From Alphaproteobacteria bacterium (GTDB taxonomy: Bacteria; Pseudomonadota; Alphaproteobacteria; CAAHEQ01; UBA3637): a DNA stretch of 64,000 nucleotides. Shown here in pieces: positions 27,361 through 37,770 of the stretch (its first letter is position 1; the number at the start of each line of letters is the position of its first letter). Location: NCBI GenBank assembly GCA_045614025.1, contig JAZLCE010000038.1, positions 18,875 to 82,874 of the forward strand. The letters are read 5' to 3'. A model generated the notes under the pieces. That model worked only from the letters and a program-made list of their open reading frames with translations, did no database searches and had not been told where the DNA came from. The position numbers were made by a program, and so were the translations under genes.

Positions 27361-28717
27361 AGATTCTCCCTTCATATTTCCATTTATTCGGATCGTCTGG
27401 TTCTGTTAACGGATTAAATTCAATTTTTGTCAATTCTAAACCCGGGAATTTATTAAAGAATGTTAACCATTCAAATGGGGTATAGGATGAGGTGATAGAA
27501 AAGATAAAATAAACATACTCTTGTTGATGCTCTGGTTTTGAACCATCTGGATTATCTGGTGGATCTAAAACCGTTTTACGTTGAAATTCAATGGATAAAT
27601 TAATTGCTTGTTTGATATCTGTTAATTCTTCCCATAATTGTTGTTCCGTATAAAGTGGAACCGAAGCTATTAATGGAATATCATAAAAAGAAACACTTCC
27701 ATTTGCTGAAGCACCATCTTTGCTGATTTGAATATTCACATTCGTCATCTTATATTCATTAAGTGCAGCTTTAATCCAACGAATTCTCGGAGGGTTTGAC
27801 CAAACAGAAGAATCCCCTCTAGCCCATGAGGTTGTTAATCCTGAACTGGTGCAAGAAACAATTCCTAATGCCCAACCAGGAATATTAAGTGTTTTTAATT
27901 GATATGCATTATTCCAACATTTATTTAAAAATGTTTTTGTATCAGGAATTTTTTCCCAAGGTTTTGGTTTTTCTGGCGTTGGTTCAACTGGTCTAATAAT
28001 TTCTGGAATTGCAATTGGTTCAATTTTTTCTTCTTGTTGTATAACAGGTGTAAACACCGTAAACATAGAATAAACAAAACTGATTAAAGCAATCACAAGA
28101 GCAATACCGATAACCAATAAAATTTGGTTTTTCTTCTTTGCCCCTAATTCTTCTAAACGAACACGAACACGAGATTCCCTAACAATAGATTCAATTGACC
28201 GTGTAACAGCGCCTTCAACATTCCATTCCGCTGGAACAATTTTCATATCCCAATCCGGAACGCTCATCATCCGGTAAAAAGCAGCTTCGGCCTCTTCTTC
28301 TGTTTTGAAAAGAACATCATTTTCAGACAAAATCAAATCGTTTCTAACAGCGATAAAATACCAACCTTCTTCAACTTTAAAAACACCGCAAATAGATGTT
28401 TTATCAGATAAAGCAGAGGCTATTGTTGCCGCCAAAGAAAGCTCACCGGTGCGATGCCCCATAGAGGTACGACCCAAACCATACTGAGGAGAAGCCGTGA
28501 TGCGCAAACAGTATAAGTCTGAATCCGCATCTGTCTCCATTGCCTCTCTGATTTCAGGAGATGGATTATCAGGATCTTGAAGTGGTTGCCAAATCAATCC
28601 AACAGCATATTTAACCTTTTTAATAACAACAGTTCCCCGTTCAACCATCTCTGATGGAGAAAGTTGAATATCGCTTGGCGCTGTTGTTCCTATTAAGGCA
28701 TCGCGTTCATCTGTCAT
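27350..28717 (-). CDS. pilO: type IVb pilus protein PilO (PilO2 family)
   Basis: YAVGLIWQPL, SLAATIA, WYFIAVRNDLIL..DV, one TM helix, KPWE, PGWAL..C. Confidence 0.8.
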   Translation of the reverse strand: MTDERDALIGTTAPSDIQLSPSEMVERGTVVIKKVKYAVGLIWQPLQDPDNPSPEIREAMETDADSDLYCLRITASPQYGLGRTSMGHRTGELSLAATIASALSDKTSICGVFKVEEGWYFIAVRNDLILSENDVLFKTEEEAEAAFYRMMSVPDWDMKIVPAEWNVEGAVTRSIESIVRESRVRVRLEELGAKKKNQILLVIGIALVIALISFVYSMFTVFTPVIQQEEKIEPIAIPEIIRPVEPTPEKPKPWEKIPDTKTFLNKCWNNAYQLKTLNIPGWALGIVSCTSSGLTTSWARGDSSVWSNPPRIRWIKAALNEYKMTNVNIQISKDGASANGSVSFYDIPLIASVPLYTEQQLWEELTDIKQAINLSIEFQRKTVLDPPDNPDGSKPEHQQEYVYFIFSITSSYTPFEWLTFFNKFPGLELTKIEFNPLTEPDDPNKWKYEGRIYAK

Positions 28718-28730
28718 TCTTTAAGGCTCC

Positions 28731-30395
28731 TTAAAAATCTCTCATGCGGGATTCTGCAGAAAGCGGTGATTCCAAAACTTCTGGGGTTAACAAGATAACA
28801 AGAACATCTCTCACATTATCATTCAAAGCACCACCGCCTAAAATACCGATTTTTGCTTTGCCGATACCTGTTGTTGTCATTCTATCTTGAACTTTTTCAA
28901 AACCTGTCAACACAAGTGTTGAACCTGAACGCATTGCGATTTCTTGAATAAATCCACGCGTTTGAATTTTTGGTAATTGAACAACTGTGCTCGCATCATC
29001 AGCAACATCACTATCATCTTCTTCATCACTATCATCTGAATCTGATGTTTCACTTTCTAATGTATCAGCATTTGTTTGAGCACCCGTAGATGTGAAGTTT
29101 GTCAAAGAAACCAAATCTGTTAAATTTAAAGAGAACATTAAAATTAAATTTCCATGATTTAAAATTCTTGGTAAAACTTCCATCATAAAACCATAATTCA
29201 ATGTATCTGTTTCCATATCAACATCAACACTTCGATCTGTCCCACTACCTGATGTTGAAACATTTGTTTCTTTCACATAGTTTTCTTGTGTTGTAATTTG
29301 AATTGGTGCCACTTTATTATTTAAAGTTGTTGCACTTGCTGATGTGACCAAAGATGTTTTACCCAAAACAGAGAATGCTTGAATAATGGCTTTTGAATTC
29401 GTCCATTTTGAATCTGGCTTCAATAACATCATTGATAATGTTCCAGCAGTTGCGGCACCGCTCAAAGAATATGCACTTGAGAATGTTCCCAAAACATCAG
29501 CATTGTTGAAAACCAAGCCTAAATCAAATCCATAATTATCTTGATTTGTAACTGAAACTTGCAATACTTTCACAGAAATTGCAACTTGACGAGATAATTT
29601 TTGGTTGAATGCATTAATCCAATCAGATGCCTCTTTAATAATAAATGGGCTGGCTGTAATTGTAACCGTACCTGCAACACGGCTAAATGAAAGTTGCCCT
29701 TCTTCACCAACAATTTGATTCAAACTGTTTTCAATATTATCCCATAAAGCTAAATTTGCTGAAGAAGTTAATGTTGAAGTTGAATTTGAAGAACTGTTAT
29801 CTGAACTACCCATTGCAGCACCACTTAATGAATTTGAAATGCTTGTTTCAACAGGTAAGGCATAGATATTAAAAATACGTGTTTCTTGGCTATAAAAACT
29901 AATTGTTTTATCTTTATAACGCCACCAAACACCATATCTATTTGCAATATAATCTAATAATCCACTCAATGTTCCAGTGTAGTTAATTGGAATTGTTTCA
30001 GCAGGAATTTCTTTTGATGCTTTCAAACTATCTAAACGCACATGAAGACCCGTTGCGTCTGAAATTTCGTTAGCCAAGAAAGGTAAACTTGCTTCTTCCG
30101 AAATCGTAATCGTTAAAGCATCTTCTTCTTCCATTTCTGGTGGCAAATTATCACCTTGAGAAATTTTAACACTGGTGTTTCCTAACCAAATATCTTCTTT
30201 TGTGCGAACAGTATCTGTTGTTTCAGGAAGATCCGGAATAGTTGCTTGTTGCAAATAATCTTCCGTTCTTTCTAAAACAGTTTCAATTTTTGCATCGGTT
30301 TTCTCTGCATACTTATTACAAGCCGTTAAGGAAAAGCTTGTTGCAAGCACTGCCATTGTTAAAAATAATTTGACGGGTTTAATCAGCATTTTCAT
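28731..30395 (-). CDS. pilN: type IVb pilus secretin, lipoprotein type (PilN/BfpB/TcpC-like)
   Basis: Lipobox LTAC; YTGTLSGLLD, LSRQVAISVKVLQV, TTLNNKVAP, VQLP, SGSTLVLTGF, LVILLTP. Confidence 0.88.
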   Translation of the reverse strand: MKMLIKPVKLFLTMAVLATSFSLTACNKYAEKTDAKIETVLERTEDYLQQATIPDLPETTDTVRTKEDIWLGNTSVKISQGDNLPPEMEEEDALTITISEEASLPFLANEISDATGLHVRLDSLKASKEIPAETIPINYTGTLSGLLDYIANRYGVWWRYKDKTISFYSQETRIFNIYALPVETSISNSLSGAAMGSSDNSSSNSTSTLTSSANLALWDNIENSLNQIVGEEGQLSFSRVAGTVTITASPFIIKEASDWINAFNQKLSRQVAISVKVLQVSVTNQDNYGFDLGLVFNNADVLGTFSSAYSLSGAATAGTLSMMLLKPDSKWTNSKAIIQAFSVLGKTSLVTSASATTLNNKVAPIQITTQENYVKETNVSTSGSGTDRSVDVDMETDTLNYGFMMEVLPRILNHGNLILMFSLNLTDLVSLTNFTSTGAQTNADTLESETSDSDDSDEEDDSDVADDASTVVQLPKIQTRGFIQEIAMRSGSTLVLTGFEKVQDRMTTTGIGKAKIGILGGGALNDNVRDVLVILLTPEVLESPLSAESRMRDF

Positions 30396-31182
30396 TCTCC
30401 TGCGAACTTATGACCAACACTCTATTTCCTTTATAAAACGTTCCAATTGGAGCCGGCGTTGCGCGTGCAAATGAACGAATAAACGCGGCCGCAACTTCAG
30501 TAAAGCTTCCTCTAAAAACAACTCCTGCTTCTAAATGGTAATTTCTATCAATTTTCCAAACAACAGTCCAACCAGAAGCTTCACCCCATTGACGCAACAA
30601 ATCTCTCATTGTGTCACCTGCTTTAGCTTCCCAATCATGATTTCCTTCCCCATAAGCAATTTTATCATTCAATGTTACAGGTCTTAATGTTTGTTCTTCA
30701 GTTACTGTTGTTTGAACTTCTTTTTGAGTTTCTGATTTAAATAATTGATTTGAACAATCTTCCCCATTGCAAACAACTGATGCATTATCAACAGGGGTCA
30801 AAGCTAAATCTTTTTGTTCTTGTTCTCTTTGAGCAATTTTTTCTTTCACTGATAATCCTTGCTCAATCATTGGAACGGAAATGGAAACTGGGGCCATTTG
30901 AACGGCATATGCAGAATCTGTTGCAACCGCCATTTGGCCATAAGCTGGAGCTTGCCCTAACATCACATCTGCATCTTCAAATGAAACAATGCAAGCACTT
31001 GGATTTTCTGGTGAACAAATACCTGTTTCAACACTAAAAGCCGGAGCAACTTCATGACGAGCAACATCTGGCTCTATCATTTCTTCCCCCGAACCTTCTA
31101 AAGAAGTACATCCACTCAACATACCCACATTAAGAAACAACAAACCGGCAATCATTGTTTGTTTTAAAAACATTTGTTTCAT
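30379..31182 (-). CDS. TcpQ/PilL-domain lipoprotein
   Basis: Lipobox LSGC; C-terminal WEAKAGDTMRDLLRQW..GWTVVW..Y.LEA..FRGSF..YKGNRVLVI typical of the TcpQ domain. Confidence 0.8.
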   Translation of the reverse strand: MKQMFLKQTMIAGLLFLNVGMLSGCTSLEGSGEEMIEPDVARHEVAPAFSVETGICSPENPSACIVSFEDADVMLGQAPAYGQMAVATDSAYAVQMAPVSISVPMIEQGLSVKEKIAQREQEQKDLALTPVDNASVVCNGEDCSNQLFKSETQKEVQTTVTEEQTLRPVTLNDKIAYGEGNHDWEAKAGDTMRDLLRQWGEASGWTVVWKIDRNYHLEAGVVFRGSFTEVAAAFIRSFARATPAPIGTFYKGNRVLVISSQENENAD

Positions 31183-31199
31183 TTCAACTCCCTTTCCAA

Positions 31200-32228
31200 T
31201 TACCAATTAATAACTCTTTTTTCTTTACCGGTCGATTTAACAGAAATAGCCGGCTCTTTTTTCACCATTCTTAAAACAAGACTATCTTCTGGTCTTTCAA
31301 CATAATCAACAACCAATTGATGTTTTGATAAACCCGCCCCCATCAAAATCTTTTCAACAAGACGTAATCTTTTTTCTTGCAAATAAGGTTTTTCTTTACT
31401 TAAACGCACTTGAACAACATATCTTGGATCTTGCAATGCTCTATATGAAAAAGCTTTTACCCATTTAATTGTTTTACCTGAAAAATCCGTTGCATTTGGA
31501 TAGAATGAAACTTTCAAATCCATTGGCATAATCAAAGGCAATTTTTCATTTGTTTTAGCTGCCTCAACAATTTTATCTGCATAAACCGAGGAATATGTAT
31601 TCATCACAGGCCTTGGAAAACTTTCATTCATTTGCGTTTTCTTTGGTTTAGTAGCCCCACCTTTTAAAGGCAACAACAATGGTTTTTTATCTGATGAAAC
31701 ACCAGCTGTTTCATAAGCACCAGATAAAATATCATTAATATCATCATCAGTTGAAGATACCAACTTTTCCTTTTCAGACTTTAAAACATCAGATGTTGAT
31801 TTTTTAACCAATTTTGGAGATTTGCGTGAAACAGCTTCACTATAAATTTTTTCCGTTTGCTTTGTTCCACCGGTTAACTTTCTTTCAACCGCCATTTGTT
31901 CTGATACAGGCGTTACTTCCGTTTGAGTCACAACAACAACAGGAAGTTCTTTTTCCACCTTTCTCGTCACTTGAACAGGCTTTTCCTCAACGCTTTCTTC
32001 TACCGTTTGCAATAAATACGTTGGGACAACAAAATCACCCTCAGCCGTTACCGTGGCAACATCTTCATCTGCCAAATTTTTAGCATCCATTAAACGTTCT
32101 TGAACAGAGCTTTCTCTTGGATCCCCATCCCCTTGCGCAATTTCCAAACTTTCAAACGAACCTGCAAAAGAAGTGGCCGAAAACAAACCAAAGGCACAAA
32201 CAAAGAGAAGAATTTTTTGTTGAAACAT
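31200..32228 (-). CDS. exported hypothetical protein, first gene of the pilus operon
   Basis: Signal peptide ending SFA; disordered middle; compact C-terminal domain faintly OmpA-like. Confidence 0.65.
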   Translation of the reverse strand: MFQQKILLFVCAFGLFSATSFAGSFESLEIAQGDGDPRESSVQERLMDAKNLADEDVATVTAEGDFVVPTYLLQTVEESVEEKPVQVTRKVEKELPVVVVTQTEVTPVSEQMAVERKLTGGTKQTEKIYSEAVSRKSPKLVKKSTSDVLKSEKEKLVSSTDDDINDILSGAYETAGVSSDKKPLLLPLKGGATKPKKTQMNESFPRPVMNTYSSVYADKIVEAAKTNEKLPLIMPMDLKVSFYPNATDFSGKTIKWVKAFSYRALQDPRYVVQVRLSKEKPYLQEKRLRLVEKILMGAGLSKHQLVVDYVERPEDSLVLRMVKKEPAISVKSTGKEKRVINW

Positions 32229-32414
32229 GTCTTTACTATCCCCCTGAAAAACATATATTTTTCTTTATTCCATCCAAAAAGAGAATTATTTTTAAACTCT
32301 TAAAGCTACAGAATATGTTTCATATTACAACTTTGAAAATGAAGTTGCAAGAAAAAAAATGCGTTCTATCTGCAAAAAGTTGTTTTTTTTAAAAGAGTTG
32401 GAATTTTTTAATTT

Positions 32415-33812
32415 TTATTCCCTCTCTGGCTGCGGTGTTTCAAGGCCGCAAAGAGGCAAGTAAATCAATACTCGTAATCCACCTAATGGGCTTTCCGCCA
32501 AGGATATTTCACCCCCATGAGATAAAATAATATCCCTAGTAATCGTTAATCCAAGACCAATTCCTCCAGTTGCTTTATTTCTTGAAGATTCCAAACGATA
32601 AAAGGCGCGAAATACATCATCTCTTTTTTCTTTTGGAATACCAGGACCATTATCATCAAACATTAAAAACGCTTTTTTATTTCGAATACCAATCGTTAAT
32701 TTTGTTTTTTTAGCATATCGAGCCGCATTTGTTAAAATATTTGTTATTGCTCTTGTTAAATCATTAAGACGCCCAGTAATTGAAACACTTTCTTCAATAT
32801 GAAGAGAAATATCCTGATCAATTTTTCTTTGTTTTTCAACAAGCATTGATACCAATTCATCCAATTGAAATAATTGAGCCGTTTCCTTTCCCTCTCCTCT
32901 TGCAAAGGAAAGATATCCATTCAACATTTTTTCCATTTCATCAACATCTTCTGTTAAATCTATGGTTGTTTCATCTTTAGGCATCATAGAAAGTTGCAGC
33001 TTCATTCTTGTGAGTGGCGTTCTCAAATCATGAGAAACTCCTGCCAACATCGTTGTTCTTTCACTTAAGTATTTTAAAATTCTATCTTTCATCAACAAAA
33101 AGGCAAACCCAGCTCTTTTCACTTCTGTTGCCCCCGTTGGTTTAAACGCAATATCATGACCAATGCCAAACAATTCGGATGCTCTTGCTAATTTTTCAAT
33201 TGATCGAACCTGATTTTTCATAAACAAAAAAGCAATTAAAAATAATAAAACAGAACAACCAATTGTCCATCCCAAGAAAACCAAAACTGTTGAGCTATAA
33301 AATCTTTTTTGAGGAATTAAAACACTTAAAACACCTCGAGGCAATTGAACCATAACGCTTAATTGTTTGTTTTCAACTTCACTCATATAAACAGGATAAT
33401 TTAATGCATTAAGCTCATATGTTAAATGGCCAACAGAGGCATCTGTTTTATTCAAACTTTGGAAAGGAATCAATTGATTTTCTTCAAAATTAATTTTAAG
33501 AGAGAGCGCATTTTGAGCTGTTTTAATAAAAGACTCAACTTCTGTCTGAGAGGCATGTTCGGATACAAAATCAGCAATAATTTGAATTTCACTCGCAACG
33601 TCAGTGGCCAATCTTCTACTCACTGTTTGCCAATGTCTATCATAAAAAAAGAAAAACATTGCCGTTTGCAAAAAAATAAGTGGCATCAAAATAATTAAAA
33701 TAAAACGATAAAATAAACTTTGAGGTAACAATTTTATTTTTGTTCCTTTTAAAGTATCTTTACACCAAATTAGAAATCTTTTTAATAAAATAAACGGCGT
33801 TTTTTTAATCAT
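32415..33812 (-). CDS. envZ: EnvZ-like sensor histidine kinase
   Basis: Two TM segments, HAMP, AGVSHDLRTPLTR, NILTNAARY, DDNGPGIP, GIGLGL. Confidence 0.85.
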   Translation of the reverse strand: MIKKTPFILLKRFLIWCKDTLKGTKIKLLPQSLFYRFILIILMPLIFLQTAMFFFFYDRHWQTVSRRLATDVASEIQIIADFVSEHASQTEVESFIKTAQNALSLKINFEENQLIPFQSLNKTDASVGHLTYELNALNYPVYMSEVENKQLSVMVQLPRGVLSVLIPQKRFYSSTVLVFLGWTIGCSVLLFLIAFLFMKNQVRSIEKLARASELFGIGHDIAFKPTGATEVKRAGFAFLLMKDRILKYLSERTTMLAGVSHDLRTPLTRMKLQLSMMPKDETTIDLTEDVDEMEKMLNGYLSFARGEGKETAQLFQLDELVSMLVEKQRKIDQDISLHIEESVSITGRLNDLTRAITNILTNAARYAKKTKLTIGIRNKKAFLMFDDNGPGIPKEKRDDVFRAFYRLESSRNKATGGIGLGLTITRDIILSHGGEISLAESPLGGLRVLIYLPLCGLETPQPERE

Positions 33813-34489
33813 TTTGGCACCAAAATATATCCCATTCCTCGAACCGTTTGTATACAAATCGGTTTTTTAATATCTGTTTCAATTTTGCGTCTTAATCTTG
33901 TAATTTGAACATCAATTGCCCTTAAATTATCAGACTTTAACGCCAAAGCAATATCTTCTCTTGAAATCGGTTCCCCAAGCGAAGACACCAACACACTTAA
34001 CAAATCTTGTTCAACATTTGTTAATAAAACAAAATTTCCATCTTTAATCAACTGTTTTGTTTTTATATCATAGACACAATCTCCAAAACAAACTTCTTTT
34101 CTGATTTCTTGTTGAACTTGCCTTTTCAAAATATTATTAATTCTAAGAAGCAATTCTTTTGGTTCAAATGGCTTGGATAAATAATCATCCGCTCCCGCTT
34201 CAAGGCCACTAATTCGATTATCAATATCACCCATTGCTGTTAACATTAAAATAGGCGTTTCAAATTGATTTTCTCTTAACTCGCGCGTTAATTCTTGCCC
34301 ATTTTGCCCCGGCATCATCATATCTAAAATCAGAATAGAAAATGAAAATAATTTTAATAATTCTTTAGCCTCTTGTGCCCCACTTGCTTGAGAAACAACA
34401 AATCCATTTTCGGTTAAATATTTTTTCAACAACCTTCTTAAACGCGTATCATCATCAACAACTAAAATATGTGGCGTTATTTGAGACAT
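33809..34489 (-). CDS. ompR: OmpR-family response regulator
   Basis: ILVVDDD, LDMMMPG, GADDYLSKPF, IDVQITRLRRKIE, QTVRGMGY. Confidence 0.88.
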   Translation of the reverse strand: MSQITPHILVVDDDTRLRRLLKKYLTENGFVVSQASGAQEAKELLKLFSFSILILDMMMPGQNGQELTRELRENQFETPILMLTAMGDIDNRISGLEAGADDYLSKPFEPKELLLRINNILKRQVQQEIRKEVCFGDCVYDIKTKQLIKDGNFVLLTNVEQDLLSVLVSSLGEPISREDIALALKSDNLRAIDVQITRLRRKIETDIKKPICIQTVRGMGYILVPK

Positions 34490-34941
34490 TTTTGTTTCTC
34501 CAAGCGATTTATAATTTCTTTTTTTAAACGAGATGAAAGTCCATGAGGTGGTTGAGATAACACTTTTTGCATATCTTCAACATCTAAAATAAATAAATCA
34601 ATTTCTTTTTGAGAAAAAACAGATTTACTTCGAATAAAATCACAAATATGTTCTGATAAAAGCGTGATCATATCATAACCATAAGTTGTTCCTTGCCCTT
34701 TTAAATCATGTGCGAGTGAAAAAAAACGATTTTTAATAATAAAAGAACATTCTTTTTTTTCAACCACAGAAGCATCTTGAAGCAATTTTTGCATTTCAAA
34801 CAAAAACTCATTAGCTTCTAAAACAAATGAATTTGTTAAACTATCAATCAATTTTTTGGCTTTTTTTTCAAGAGATTTCACTTCATCACTTGAATACGTT
34901 AAACTCATTAGCCGATTGTTTTTTGCAACATTCTTGTTCAT
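34477..34941 (-). CDS. stand-alone Hpt-domain protein
   Basis: AHDLKGQGTTYGY matches the HxLKG Hpt motif; overlaps the ompR start. Confidence 0.75.
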   Translation of the reverse strand: MNKNVAKNNRLMSLTYSSDEVKSLEKKAKKLIDSLTNSFVLEANEFLFEMQKLLQDASVVEKKECSFIIKNRFFSLAHDLKGQGTTYGYDMITLLSEHICDFIRSKSVFSQKEIDLFILDVEDMQKVLSQPPHGLSSRLKKEIINRLEKQKCLK

Positions 34942-35031
34942 GAACAACATCCTCTTTTTGAAATTATAACAAAAAAGTGAAAAAGCATCAAGCATTTTCT
35001 CTTTTCTTCCCTTGTTCAAAAAAATAGGGTT

Positions 35032-36198
35032 TTATTTCAAATTTAAAACAGGGTTCATAATTTTATAAGCAGTTTGTATCCCATCAGCTAATGATTCAAC
35101 AACACTTGAAGCATGTAATTTACATTCCCCTGCATAAAAAATTTGTTCATGTTGAATTTGATGAATTTTCTTTCCACCAACGGCTTTGATAACCAAATCA
35201 AACCCCTCATAAACATGAATATCACTTGTTTGATGCAATGACTCATTTTCCATAATGGTTTTTGCAAAGAAAATAGAAAAACATTCCTCTTTTTTTTCAA
35301 TTTTAATGGGCGCCAAGTTTGGATGAATGTTCACCCTTGCATCAATTAACTCAAGGAATCTTTCTTTATCTACTTTCATCAAATAAAGGGGCCGACGCAT
35401 AAACATTTCAATACCTGATACACCTTTTTCTTTTAAAACATCAACGCAATCAAGGGCAACATTCCCAGCCCCAATAATTGCAACTTTTTTTAAAGATGAA
35501 AATGAATCTTTGTTTTTCAAATAATCAAAACAACTAACCATATATTCTTCACCTTCAAGATTTAAATTTTTAATATCCCCCTCTCCTGTTGCCATCACAA
35601 CATAATCATATCCTTCTTGGATCAACTTCAATGGATCTGATATCTTAATATTTGTTTGAACATTTAAATAGGGTAAAGAAAGAAGATTATTTAATTCTTT
35701 TTCAAGGGTTGAAATAGGCAATCTTGAAGATGGAATTAAATTCAACATTCCACCTATTTTATCATTTTCCTCAAACAATGTGCACCTAAATCCATTTTTC
35801 GCAAAAGTAACCGCAGCCCCAATACCTGCTGGACCACCCCCAACAACCGCAATTTTTTCTTTTTTTAAGCCTGGAACTAAAACATCTTTTTCTTCCACTT
35901 CTTGCAAAATTGTTGCCTGAATTTTTGGAATATTAACAGGGCAATCTATTTTAGATCGTGTGCAAGCATGCATGCAAAATTTTGAAGAACAAACTAAACC
36001 ACAAATTTCACCTAATGGATTTTTTTCACGAATTGAGTGCGCTGCACTTATAAAATCATTCTCTTTTGCTTTTTGAATAAAAAAACTTGGATCACACCCA
36101 ACAGGGCATGCCTGTTTACAAGGCTTATCCACACAATTTAAACATTTTTCAAGCTCATATTTTAATAAGGCTTTCGTATAATATAATTTTTTAACCAT
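35032..36198 (-). CDS. Fe-S/FAD NAD(P)-dependent oxidoreductase (GltD/PreT-like)
   Basis: CLNC..PC..ACP, CGLVC..C..C, GGGPAG, GAGNVALD. Confidence 0.85.
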   Translation of the reverse strand: MVKKLYYTKALLKYELEKCLNCVDKPCKQACPVGCDPSFFIQKAKENDFISAAHSIREKNPLGEICGLVCSSKFCMHACTRSKIDCPVNIPKIQATILQEVEEKDVLVPGLKKEKIAVVGGGPAGIGAAVTFAKNGFRCTLFEENDKIGGMLNLIPSSRLPISTLEKELNNLLSLPYLNVQTNIKISDPLKLIQEGYDYVVMATGEGDIKNLNLEGEEYMVSCFDYLKNKDSFSSLKKVAIIGAGNVALDCVDVLKEKGVSGIEMFMRRPLYLMKVDKERFLELIDARVNIHPNLAPIKIEKKEECFSIFFAKTIMENESLHQTSDIHVYEGFDLVIKAVGGKKIHQIQHEQIFYAGECKLHASSVVESLADGIQTAYKIMNPVLNLK

Positions 36199-36319
36199 AT
36201 TTCAACTCACTTTAATTTTATGTTACAAAAAATATTTTGTGATATCAAGAAATAAAAATGAACTTATTTTATTTTCATTCGTTAACAAAATTGAATGGCA
36301 ATAATAAAAGGAGTTTAAA

Positions 36320-36676
36320 ATGAAAAAGAAAATATCATTCACATTAATGGCTGCAATTTTAAGCCTTTCTTGTTTACCAGCTCATGCTGGATACTACAAG
36401 ACAATATATGTTGAAGACGAAAAACCAAACGTTATTATTCAAAACATTCAACCAACAGAAACTATTGTAGTTGAAAAAAATAATTATACCCCAACATATA
36501 ATTCTGCAGCAGCTGCAGCTCTTGGGATAACAGCCCTTGTTGGAGGTGTTATTTTAGGAGTTAGCAGTCATAAGCATTATAAAAAACATCACTCACCTCA
36601 TCATAACCATAGCCCTAAACCAAATCCACCACATAAGGGCAAATCACATGGACATGGGCCAAAACCTAAAAGATAA
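36320..36676 (+). CDS. small exported or membrane protein with a His-rich basic tail
   Basis: Signal peptide ending AHA; Gly/Ala TM helix; HKHYKKHHSPHHNH tail; SD AAGGAG. Confidence 0.65.
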   Translation: MKKKISFTLMAAILSLSCLPAHAGYYKTIYVEDEKPNVIIQNIQPTETIVVEKNNYTPTYNSAAAAALGITALVGGVILGVSSHKHYKKHHSPHHNHSPKPNPPHKGKSHGHGPKPKR

Positions 36677-37067
36677 GTGAAAAAATAATGGTTGTATAAA
36701 CAATAATCATTAAAACAAATGATAAGAACACTATGGAACTGCCGATATCCTTTGCTTTTTTTGATAAAGGATGGATCTCGGCAGAAATCCGATCAATCGT
36801 TGTTTCAATTGCTGTATTTGCAAGCTCTGCAATCATAATAATAAAGAGAGACATAATCATTAAAAGTTTTTGAACCAATGGAACAGGAAGAACAAGGGCC
36901 AAAAGAAACAAACCAAGACAAACATTTAAGTCTTGACGAAAAGCAATTTCGCTTTTAAACGCCGCCTTCATCCCTTCATAAGAACATGCACAAGCCTTAT
37001 GAATATGACGTAATTCTTTCAAACACAACCGATAAACACAAGCCAATCTTCTTATCTTTTTTGACAT
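36666..37067 (-). CDS. dgkA: diacylglycerol kinase
   Basis: EIAFRQD, ELANTAIETTIDRI, LSKKAKDIGS. Confidence 0.92.
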   Translation of the reverse strand: MSKKIRRLACVYRLCLKELRHIHKACACSYEGMKAAFKSEIAFRQDLNVCLGLFLLALVLPVPLVQKLLMIMSLFIIMIAELANTAIETTIDRISAEIHPLSKKAKDIGSSIVFLSFVLMIIVYTTIIFSLIF

Positions 37068-37190
37068 TTCTTTCTCCTTATGTGAAATGTATATTTTATT
37101 TAAGAAAAAATAGCAAGAAAAGATTTATTTTTTTCTTTACTTTTTAAATGATTTAACTAAAATGTAATAAAAAAAATAAACGAGGTTTTT

Positions 37191-37760
37191 ATGAAAAAAA
37201 TAAGTTCTATTCTTTTATTTTTCTGTTTGTTTTTGCAAGGATGCTCTCTCATTGAAAAAAAAGAAGAAGTTCAACAACCTAAAGTAATTGAAAAAATAAA
37301 AACAGTTGTTGTGCCTGCTGTTTCAATTGAAGAACAAGCAAAAAAAACTCATAATTTAGGCATTATTGGAGAAATTGAACCTGTTTATTTTTCTCCACTA
37401 AAAAAACCTATTTTAGCTCGCATAGATACAGGAGCAGAAAACTCCTCTATTGATGCACAAAATATTGAGCTTTTTGAGCGTGAAGGCGTTAAATGGGTTT
37501 CTTTTGATTTTCATAATAAACGAACTGGCGAAAAACATCGTTTTGAAAAACGCGTTTTTAAGCAAGTGAAGATCAAAAGACAAGAAATTTCTGAAGAAAG
37601 AATCGTTGTGTTAATGACGGTTAAAATCGGTTCTGAACGTATTTCAGCCCAATTTTCTTTAGCAAACAGGGAAAAATTTGAATATCAAGCATTGATTGGT
37701 CGAAATATTTTAAAAGGTCGTGCTTTGGTGGATACTGCTTTATCAAAAACATTACATTAA
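37191..37760 (+). CDS. RimK-associated retropepsin-like (so-called ATP-dependent Zn) protease, lipoprotein
   Basis: Lipobox LQGC; ARIDTGAENSSI, FSLANR, LIGRN. Confidence 0.85.
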   Translation: MKKISSILLFFCLFLQGCSLIEKKEEVQQPKVIEKIKTVVVPAVSIEEQAKKTHNLGIIGEIEPVYFSPLKKPILARIDTGAENSSIDAQNIELFEREGVKWVSFDFHNKRTGEKHRFEKRVFKQVKIKRQEISEERIVVLMTVKIGSERISAQFSLANREKFEYQALIGRNILKGRALVDTALSKTLH

Positions 37761-37770
37761 CAGGTGATTT

